A stretch of DNA of 64,000 nucleotides from Nitrospirota bacterium (GTDB lineage: Bacteria > Nitrospinota_A > UBA7883). Positions 57,400 through 64,000 of this stretch are shown piece after piece (the stretch's first letter is position 1; each line of letters starts with the position of its first letter). The translations under genes were made by a program, and so were the position numbers. The stretch lies in contig JAJRZK010000058.1 in the NCBI GenBank assembly GCA_024275315.1, forward strand, positions 136,448-200,447, read 5' to 3'. The notes beneath the pieces were generated by a model. The model worked only from the letters and a program-made list of their open reading frames with translations. It had not been told where the DNA came from and did no database searches.

Positions 57400-58485
57400 C
57401 TATTTTATCCAACCCTGTTCCCTGTACCAGGCCATCGTAAGCCGCGCGCCCTCTTTTATCCCTGTCTTTGGATCGTAGCCCAGCATGTTTTTGGCCTTGT
57501 CGATGGAAAACGCCCTGTTCTTGACAAAAAAATCGACACGCCTCCGAAAAAGGGGAGGCTCCAGCCCGAAGGGTTTGAACAGGCTTTCGCATAACATCGC
57601 GGCTACCTTGACGGGGTGGTAGGGAATGCGCCATCGGGGAAGCGACACCCCGGCTTGGCCTGCTATTATTTCCGACCATCGTGATATGGACATGTATTCA
57701 GGGCCGCCGAGTATGAATATCTCTCCCACCGCTTCGGGCTGTTCATAGGCCAGGACCATGCCTTTTACCAGGTCGTCTATATATACGGGGTGGATCAGCG
57801 TTTTCCCGTCTCCGATCATGACAAACCTGCCCGAGGCGATCAGCTTGAACAGTTTGAGCAACCGCCGGTCGCCGGGACCGTAAACCGCCGCAGGGCGCAC
57901 GATCGTAACAGGCAAACCTTTTGATTTGTGGTATTCCATGGCCACCTTTTCGCCTTCGGCCTTGGTCCTCTGGTATATGTCCTCCACGTTGTACGGCGAT
58001 GACTCATCCGCCGGCGGGCCGGTTATGTGTCCCAACACGCCGATTGTGGAACAGTGTACAACCCTGCTCACGTTATATTTCACACAGGCCGCCATGAGGT
58101 TTTTTGTTACGGTTACATGGACATCCCAGAAGTCCCGATCCGGGATTCCGGCCTGCTGGACAATCGACGCCAGGTGGAATACACCGGATATTCCGTCGCA
58201 GACGCAATCGACGACTTCATGGTCCCGGATATCACCGTTGTATATTTGCGCCTTAATCGATTTGAAAAACGCGTCGGTCCTGTCGTTACGCACGAGGACA
58301 CGCAGTTTGTAACCGCGTTTTGCCAATTCTCCGCAAAGCTTCCGGCCCACAAATCCTCCGGCGCCGGTGACAAGGATCGTCGAACCGTTGTCGGACGGGT
58401 TTGCGCTGGAGCCGAAATCCCGGTTGTCGGGAAATTGCTTGGGGCAATCGGGGCAGTCGTTGTCCTTTTCGCTCACTTGATCAAC
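57400..58485 (-). CDS. NAD-dependent epimerase/dehydratase (SDR family)
   Basis: ILVTGAGGFVGRKL Rossmann motif, catalytic YxxxK (YQRTKAEGE), 3' end of the operon. No in-frame ATG exists after the upstream gene's stop, so the start is probably GTG/TTG. The ORF-track start 58569 lies inside the upstream gene. Confidence 0.7.
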   Translation of the reverse strand, partial: VDQVSEKDNDCPDCPKQFPDNRDFGSSANPSDNGSTILVTGAGGFVGRKLCGELAKRGYKLRVLVRNDRTDAFFKSIKAQIYNGDIRDHEVVDCVCDGISGVFHLASIVQQAGIPDRDFWDVHVTVTKNLMAACVKYNVSRVVHCSTIGVLGHITGPPADESSPYNVEDIYQRTKAEGEKVAMEYHKSKGLPVTIVRPAAVYGPGDRRLLKLFKLIASGRFVMIGDGKTLIHPVYIDDLVKGMVLAYEQPEAVGEIFILGGPEYMSISRWSEIIAGQAGVSLPRWRIPYHPVKVAAMLCESLFKPFGLEPPLFRRRVDFFVKNRAFSIDKAKNMLGYDPKTGIKEGARLTMAWYREQGWIK

Positions 58486-59468
58486 AGGTTGTCCTTTAGA
58501 AATGTGGAAAGATAGTTCACCGGAACGCCCATGAAAGTTTTGCGGACGAGCATATCGCACGTGGCGCATGGATCAAGCCCGGCCACGTCCCTGTCTCTCA
58601 TTCGTTGACGCATGTTTTGCATCACACCGTTGTTCCACACTTCGGCCACGCTGTTTTTCTCCACGTCGCCCACGAAGATTTTTCCAAAAAAATCCTGGGG
58701 ACATGGCGCGACGGTGCCATCAAAGAAGATCGTCATGGAGTACCATAGGAAGGTGCATGGTGTGAACCGGCGCGCCCCCGAGCCGATCCCCTTGCCGAAA
58801 CACTCGAAATCCCCTCCCCAATTGTGGGGTGTGCGCACGACGAAACGATCCAGGGATGTGTTTTTCAGCCGCTTCCTGAACGCCTGGCGGTGTCTGCCTA
58901 CGCTCTCTTCCTCCTCGCCGATCTCCATCACCTGCAGTACGCTGTACGGGGTCTTGCTTCCCCGCTCTTTCTTAAGCTCCAAAAACCTCTTGATGTTGGT
59001 CATTGTCTCGTCAAAATCGCCGCCAAGCCTGGTTTTGTCGTAAACTTCTTTCGAATATCCATCCACCGAGAATGATATGTACGATAGCCCCGCGTCGATC
59101 AGCTCTGCCGCTCGATCTTCGGTCAGAAGCCCGGCGTTGGTATGGAGACGTGTATGCATTCCTTTACCATGGCAATACGCGACCATCCTGGAAAGCTTGG
59201 GATGTATGAGCGACTCCCCCCGGTGAAAAAGGTTGACGTCATAGACAGACCCTTCGAGCTCGTCAATTATCTTTTTGAAAAGATCCATGGACATAAGCCC
59301 CGTGGGTACCTTCACATCCATCCCGTTGGGACAGTGTCCGCATTTGAAATTGCACGACGGGGTAGGCTCTATCCATATGCGGCTGGGAAGCTGGGGCGCC
59401 ACATTCTTCCTGCGCATATACGCCGCGTATATATGGCCAAGGTTGCGCATGTGCTGAATCTTGTTCAC
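58473..59468 (-). CDS. Radical SAM enzyme with a C-terminal SPASM-like Cys cluster
   Basis: CNFKCGHC (CxxxCxxC) near the N-terminus, a glycine-rich SAM motif, and C-terminal CTFLWYS...CPQDFFG...CATCD cysteines. Confidence 0.75.
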   Translation of the reverse strand: MNKIQHMRNLGHIYAAYMRRKNVAPQLPSRIWIEPTPSCNFKCGHCPNGMDVKVPTGLMSMDLFKKIIDELEGSVYDVNLFHRGESLIHPKLSRMVAYCHGKGMHTRLHTNAGLLTEDRAAELIDAGLSYISFSVDGYSKEVYDKTRLGGDFDETMTNIKRFLELKKERGSKTPYSVLQVMEIGEEEESVGRHRQAFRKRLKNTSLDRFVVRTPHNWGGDFECFGKGIGSGARRFTPCTFLWYSMTIFFDGTVAPCPQDFFGKIFVGDVEKNSVAEVWNNGVMQNMRQRMRDRDVAGLDPCATCDMLVRKTFMGVPVNYLSTFLKDNLLIK

Positions 59469-59469
59469 T

Positions 59470-60567
59470 TCATATCTTCCTCAAAATATGGCGAACGGTT
59501 TTTGGCCTCAGGAGCTTGTGGAACCTGAAAAGCGACAAATTGCTTAATAGCTGGTTAAGGGGGCTTACGCACGTGATCCAGCATATCGGGTGGCGCCCTT
59601 CCTTTATGTCCATACGAAGATCGTCGGCTTCCCGGGAAAACCATAGCTCGCCGAAACTTTTTTCCGTCAGGTTGCCGATTTTCCTGAACGCGACGGGACA
59701 GGGAAACAAATCGCCGTTGGGATGTATCTGGGCGGAGAGGACGCCGGCGGCGCATCTGTACCTGTACAACTCGTCACGATTTTTCAGGTAGGTGTCGAAC
59801 TCGGCGAAATAATCGCGCTGATGGGGAAGAAGCTCTGGATATTCGTGAAAAAGCTCTTCTATCTGGCGGCGTAACACAGGCATCTGATCGTCGGTTATGA
59901 TCAGGTCTTCGCTGGGAGAATATTTTTCGAATGTATTGGTAATCTCGATAGTCAACCCGTCGATTCCGTTTTCCCTGGCGAGCCTGGCCACCCCTGTGAG
60001 CTGGCTGACGTTGCGCCTGTTTACGGTGGTGTTGAAAAAAATCCCCATTTCCGGTTTGGCCGCTCTCAGGTTTTTAACAGCTTCGAACACCTTGTCGAAC
60101 GCGCCATTCACTCCCCGGATTTTGTCATGGGTCGAGGCGTTGTCACCGTCCATGGAAATATAAAGCATGTCCAGTCCGCATTCGGCGATCTTGTTGGCGA
60201 TTTTGGGGCTGATCAGGAACGCGTTGGAGTTGCCTCCCACCTTCATCCCCAGCCCCTTTGCATGGGCGATCAGCTCATAAACGGTTTTTTGCAGGAACAT
60301 CTCACCCCCGGAGAAGGAGACATGCCCCACGTCGTTGGCGGCAAGGTCGTCCAGAATTTTCTTTTGCTGATCAAGGGTGATGGTGGTGTCGCGGATTTGA
60401 TCAAGGGGTGTTTCCCAAATGTGGCAATGGCCGCATTTGAGGTTGCAGTGATACGTAAGCTCCCACTGTACCTTGATGGGGCCGCACGCGGGTCTCGTGG
60501 ATCCCATCTTGAATTTCAGAATATTGAAAATATGTTTGCTGATCTTCATAAAAAACGGGGCCGCCAA
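59470..60567 (-). CDS. Radical SAM enzyme with a C-terminal SPASM-like Cys cluster (paralog of the previous gene)
   Basis: CNLKCGHC motif, and C-terminal CAAGV...CPVAF...CWITC cysteines. Confidence 0.75.
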   Translation of the reverse strand: MAAPFFMKISKHIFNILKFKMGSTRPACGPIKVQWELTYHCNLKCGHCHIWETPLDQIRDTTITLDQQKKILDDLAANDVGHVSFSGGEMFLQKTVYELIAHAKGLGMKVGGNSNAFLISPKIANKIAECGLDMLYISMDGDNASTHDKIRGVNGAFDKVFEAVKNLRAAKPEMGIFFNTTVNRRNVSQLTGVARLARENGIDGLTIEITNTFEKYSPSEDLIITDDQMPVLRRQIEELFHEYPELLPHQRDYFAEFDTYLKNRDELYRYRCAAGVLSAQIHPNGDLFPCPVAFRKIGNLTEKSFGELWFSREADDLRMDIKEGRHPICWITCVSPLNQLLSNLSLFRFHKLLRPKTVRHILRKI

Positions 60568-60609
60568 CGCGTCCCCTCCTTGATTTGCGATTCAACCGCC
60601 TGGGCGGGG

Positions 60610-61773
60610 TTAAAGATTTTTATATACTTTCTCTATCTTGTTACGGAACAGTTCATAGTTATAGTTCAGGGCGACCATCTTTTTCCCGGTGGCGCCGAGT
60701 TTTTCGCGCAGGTTCTCGTTTTTTAATAGTAACAGAATGGCGGATGAGTATTCCATTTTTTCCGGCCGGGCAAGGGCGGCGACGTTCGGGTTGAGCAGTT
60801 GGGTGTGGGTTGGAAGGTCCGTGGCGACTATGGGCTTGCCGGTGTCCAGGTATGTATATATTTTAAGCGGCGTGTTCGTCCCCTCGACTCTCGGAGAGAG
60901 CAGAATATCCGCCAGTCCGTGAAACACAGGCATATGATCCATCGGGCGCGGCCCGGTGAACAGGGTATGCTCGCCCACTCCCAGCTTTTTGGCCATGGCG
61001 CGATACGCCTCCACCGAGCGATCGTCTCCGCCTACTATCACAAACCGGACGGATGGAAACGATTTGATCACTTCCGGGATCGATTCCATCAGCAGGTCCA
61101 TCCCCTGGTATTTTTCCAGGTTGCCCGTGTAAAGCGCGACGAGCTCGCTGTCGGAGATACCCAGCTCCGCCCGCAAAGTAGCTGGTGTCATGCCGGCCGG
61201 GGGTGGTGGGAGGTCTATCGGTATATCCTCCACCTGGTGTATCTTGTCGGTTCCCACGTATTTGCCTGCGACCCCGGTTAGATAGGGACAGACAGTGACC
61301 ACCGCCCGGGAAGATTTCAGCGCCGCCGATTCCAGCCATTCCACCGATCGGAGTAACGGGCCGTCGTTGAAAAATCCTGAATAGCGGAGCTGGTCGGTGA
61401 TGTGCGAGTCCATGTCGAACACGTACGGGACACGGAAAAATTTCGACAATACCCACGCCATGAACGCCGATTCCTCCACGGCGTGGATAACGTCGTATCG
61501 CCGGAAAAGCAATAGACGGACGACTTTTGCGAACATGGCCGTGTCGTAGACGATTTTCGAGATTGACGGCCCGATAGGAGCCTTGCCCAGGCCCGGTATT
61601 TTTACCACGCGCTCGATTTTCACATTCGGGATCATCTCGTCTTTCCCGTGCGGGTACACCACAAGATCAACGGTATGTCCCAGGTCCGACAATGCGGTGA
61701 TAACCAGCCGCACGTTTATAGGCGTGCCCCGAATTTCAAAAAAAGGTTGCGGGGCCAGGAAGAGGATTTTCAT
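60610..61773 (-). CDS. Family 4 glycosyltransferase (GT-B)
   Basis: MKILFLAPQPFFEIRGTPINVRLV N-terminus and a C-terminal EX7E-like region (EGTNTPLKIYTYLDTGKPIVAT). Confidence 0.8.
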   Translation of the reverse strand: MKILFLAPQPFFEIRGTPINVRLVITALSDLGHTVDLVVYPHGKDEMIPNVKIERVVKIPGLGKAPIGPSISKIVYDTAMFAKVVRLLLFRRYDVIHAVEESAFMAWVLSKFFRVPYVFDMDSHITDQLRYSGFFNDGPLLRSVEWLESAALKSSRAVVTVCPYLTGVAGKYVGTDKIHQVEDIPIDLPPPPAGMTPATLRAELGISDSELVALYTGNLEKYQGMDLLMESIPEVIKSFPSVRFVIVGGDDRSVEAYRAMAKKLGVGEHTLFTGPRPMDHMPVFHGLADILLSPRVEGTNTPLKIYTYLDTGKPIVATDLPTHTQLLNPNVAALARPEKMEYSSAILLLLKNENLREKLGATGKKMVALNYNYELFRNKIEKVYKNL

Positions 61774-61787
61774 TTAAACGTTGAACG

Positions 61788-63272
61788 TCATTTTACCAGC
61801 TTCAGCTTCACGAGGGCGAGGCCCATCACGAAATACTGCTTGAACCGGCGCCAGGAGTTTATCCGTTTGACCGCCTTTTTAACCTTGCTTAACAGGCTTA
61901 CCTTGAGTGCGCTTTGGGAGAAACGGAATATGATCGTAGACAACTGGAACCACGTCAGCTTGTCCATGTAAAGCGGGATATTGCCCTGGGCCTCGGGTAG
62001 CTCCATGATGCGCGGGTCTTCAACCGCGGTCCATGTGAAATCGGCGGGGATTTTCCCCTCATCCATCGCACGATCCCACAATCTCGTGTTCGGGTACAGG
62101 TGCAGTATCGCCATCGAGCACATCGCCCGCCCCTTGAGCGACTCTGCAAACTCGATAGTCTCTAGCGCTTCTTTCCACGTCTCCGTCGGGTGGCTGAATA
62201 TAAAGAACGGGTTGGCTATCACGTCCATCTCGTTGGCCCAGCCGATAACGTCTACAGCCTGTTTGAGTGTGGCTTTTTTATGGATGATCTCGCGGCAAAT
62301 CCGCTCGTTGGCCGATTCCACCCCGAACCCGAAATGGAACATTCCGGCCTGCACCATCTTGTCGAACAGCCGCCGGTCGATTGCGTCTACCCTGATTTCG
62401 CAGAACCAGTGGATATCAAGCTTACGCTCGATCATCATGTCGCATATTGTTTCGAGCCGTTTCGGGTTGTAGTTGAGCGTGTCGTCGTAGAACCATATCA
62501 CCCGGGCGTCATATTGTTCCATGCAAAGCTCTATTTCATCCATCACCTTTTCCGGAGCAACGCCACGCACCTTGCGGCCCCAGTTGACCGGTGTCGCGCA
62601 GAAATTGCAATCGAACGGGCACCCGCGGCTGGTCATAAGGTTGGCCGCCGGAAGAGATCCTTTGCCTGGCACGTCCACCTTGAAGTTGTACAGCTTCATA
62701 TCATCCAGGTGGCGTGCGGGCATGGGCAATGTGTTCAGGTCTGCTATTTTCATCCTTGGCCCGGTGGGGACGATGGCTCCGTCCATCGTCCCCGCGGGAT
62801 GGTCCCTGTATGTTATTCCCTGGATTTTACGAAATTCTCCCGGCCCGCCTCCCGCCTCTACGGCCCTTGCCAGCTCTACGATGGTCTGTTCCCCCTCGCC
62901 AGACACGACGATATCTATCTCCGGGATATGCAAAAGGGTGTCATAAGCCGTCGTCTGGCAGTGGGGCCCTCCGACAACCACCAGCGTCTCCGGACGCGCG
63001 CGCTTGACCGCGCGGGCCACGTCGAACGCCTCGAGCCGGTTTTCGGTGGTGATAGTCAGCCCGAAAATATCGGGTTTTTCGGCGTTTACATATTGCGCTA
63101 TATCCGCCACACCCCACTTCATCACATGAGCCGGCAAAGTGGTAACTGGTATTCCCTCCCGTTCCAGGCAGGCGGCCATGTAAAGGACACCCAGCGCCGG
63201 CATGGACGATTTTTGCCATCGCTCGGCGAAATAACCTTGTGGCGGAATGCACAATGTTACTTTCGCTGTCAT
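61788..63272 (-). CDS. B12-binding (class B) radical SAM enzyme
   Basis: An N-terminal cobalamin-binding Rossmann-like domain (LGVLYMAACLEREG...VVVGGPH), followed by a radical SAM core (RGCPFDCNFC). Confidence 0.8.
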   Translation of the reverse strand: MTAKVTLCIPPQGYFAERWQKSSMPALGVLYMAACLEREGIPVTTLPAHVMKWGVADIAQYVNAEKPDIFGLTITTENRLEAFDVARAVKRARPETLVVVGGPHCQTTAYDTLLHIPEIDIVVSGEGEQTIVELARAVEAGGGPGEFRKIQGITYRDHPAGTMDGAIVPTGPRMKIADLNTLPMPARHLDDMKLYNFKVDVPGKGSLPAANLMTSRGCPFDCNFCATPVNWGRKVRGVAPEKVMDEIELCMEQYDARVIWFYDDTLNYNPKRLETICDMMIERKLDIHWFCEIRVDAIDRRLFDKMVQAGMFHFGFGVESANERICREIIHKKATLKQAVDVIGWANEMDVIANPFFIFSHPTETWKEALETIEFAESLKGRAMCSMAILHLYPNTRLWDRAMDEGKIPADFTWTAVEDPRIMELPEAQGNIPLYMDKLTWFQLSTIIFRFSQSALKVSLLSKVKKAVKRINSWRRFKQYFVMGLALVKLKLVK

Positions 63273-63379
63273 CTATTTTTCATTTTTCCAAAAACGATCG
63301 TATCCGTTATTATCCATCTATCTTTATAATCTAGCACAAGTTACCATGGCAACAGGCGACTACGGGATTGCGCAGGACA

Positions 63380-64000
63380 ATGAGATCAAAAGTAACGACA
63401 AAAAGTAAACCACGTTTGGGTAATATTCCCATAGACATAAAAGCCATCGCCGCCGCGCTGGCGGAGGATGCGCCAGATGGTGATATTACCACGGAATCGG
63501 CGGTCCCCAGGGATACGAAATGTGTGGCCCGGCTTACCGCAAAGCAGGATTTGACACTGGCCGGGATCGACCTGTTCAAGGCTGTGTTCATGGTCGCCGA
63601 CCCGGAGATAAAGGTTCTCAGGCATTACAGGGACGGCCAGATTGTGGGCGAAGGGGAAAAAATCGCCACGGTTTCCGGCCGCGCCCGGCCCGTTCTCGCC
63701 GCCGAAAGGGTGGCCCTTAATTTTTTGCAGAGGCTGTGCGGTATCGCCACGGGCACGCGCCGCTTCGTCCGGGCGGCTGGAGATGGTGTGACAATATTGG
63801 ACACACGCAAGACCACTCCCGGTCTTCGTGACATGGAGAAATACGCTGTTAGATGCGGTGGTGGATCCAACCACAGAAGAGACCTGTCCGATATGGCCCT
63901 TATAAAGGAAAACCACATATCATCCGCCGGAGGGATTGTGAGCGCCATCGTCAGAGTGCGGGAAACTGTCGGTTCGCGGGGTTTTATCGAGGTGGAGGTA
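63380..64000 (+). CDS. nadC: Nicotinate-nucleotide pyrophosphorylase (quinolinate phosphoribosyltransferase), N-terminal part; gene runs off window end
   Basis: Translation from ATG 63380 gives MRSKVTTKSKPRLGNIPIDIKAIAAALAEDAPDGDITTESAVP...AAERVALNFLQRLCGIAT...DTRKTTPGLRDMEKYAVRCGGG..HRRDLSD, a typical NadC sequence. Confidence 0.8.
   Translation, partial: MRSKVTTKSKPRLGNIPIDIKAIAAALAEDAPDGDITTESAVPRDTKCVARLTAKQDLTLAGIDLFKAVFMVADPEIKVLRHYRDGQIVGEGEKIATVSGRARPVLAAERVALNFLQRLCGIATGTRRFVRAAGDGVTILDTRKTTPGLRDMEKYAVRCGGGSNHRRDLSDMALIKENHISSAGGIVSAIVRVRETVGSRGFIEVEV

Noticed and set aside
57400-63272. Possibility that the rSAM operon is a hopanoid (hpn) cluster (HpnA epimerase / HpnH rSAM / HpnJ B12-rSAM)
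   Set aside because: There is no squalene-hopene cyclase, HpnG nucleosidase or HpnK nearby. The glycosyltransferase is GT4 (GT-B), not the GT2 HpnI. The two SPASM enzymes do not resemble the HpnH N-terminus as far as I can recall. I kept it as an unassigned rSAM cluster.
63386-63916. 176-aa and 107-aa minus-strand ORFs at the window end
   Set aside because: They are antisense to a clear nadC reading frame on the plus strand, which has strong NadC motifs but no stop inside the window and was therefore missing from the ORF track.
1-64000. Mobile elements, CRISPR arrays, prophage or defence islands
   Set aside because: I found no transposase, integrase or Cas-like ORFs, no repeat-spacer arrays, and no tRNA-adjacent integrase. 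The single tRNA-Val sits in a conserved infC operon context. The window looks like stable core chromosome with a few lineage-specific insertions.

Overview
This window is GC-rich (about 57-58%), gene-dense chromosomal DNA. The gene content suggests a Desulfobacterota/deltaproteobacterium-like organism, but I cannot confirm taxonomy from sequence alone. I found no transposases, integrases, CRISPR arrays or rRNA genes.

Most of the window is conserved housekeeping:
- rplM (partial), aroA, surE, ftsH, ispA, xseB, xseA and folD on the minus strand at 1-10.8 kb.
- tsaB, a thioredoxin-like TlpA protein, trxB, lpxK, ychF, a transaldolase/FSA, typA and a znuA-like metal-binding protein.
- The infC-rpmI-rplT-pheS-pheT operon preceded by tRNA-Val(GAC), and an Icd-family dehydrogenase.
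- A complete Pho regulon block: phoB-phoR, an orphan histidine kinase, oprP porin, pstSCAB and phoU. Candidate Pho boxes sit upstream of oprP and pstS.
- A partial nadC runs off the 3' end.

Regions that look accessory or unusual:
1. A small module at 29.0-33.3 kb: a flavin-dependent halogenase-like enzyme (WxWxIP motif), an FkbO/Hyg5/XanB2-type chorismatase with a RidA-like C-terminus, and a discrete acyl carrier protein. It resembles a hydroxybenzoate starter unit for an aryl-polyene/xanthomonadin-type pathway, but no ketosynthase is visible.
2. A five-gene minus-strand operon at 57.4-63.3 kb: a B12-binding radical SAM enzyme, a GT4 glycosyltransferase, two radical SAM/SPASM enzymes and an NAD-dependent epimerase. 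No precursor peptide is visible; a lipid or glycoconjugate modification role is my hypothesis.
3. An enrichment of cAMP-signalling parts: a class I (enterobacterial CyaA-type) adenylate cyclase with a shortened regulatory region, a response-regulator fused to a class III cyclase, and a standalone cNMP-binding-domain protein.
4. A ClpX-like AAA+ paralog with a different N-terminus and a C-terminal extension, convergent on zapA-zapB.

Smaller observations are listed as findings: an AUA start codon for infC, a repeated GTGTyGACA motif upstream of a small winged-HTH regulator, and several hairpins and structured intergenic regions. All calls rest on reading the ORF translations and the sequence by eye. 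No database searches were run.
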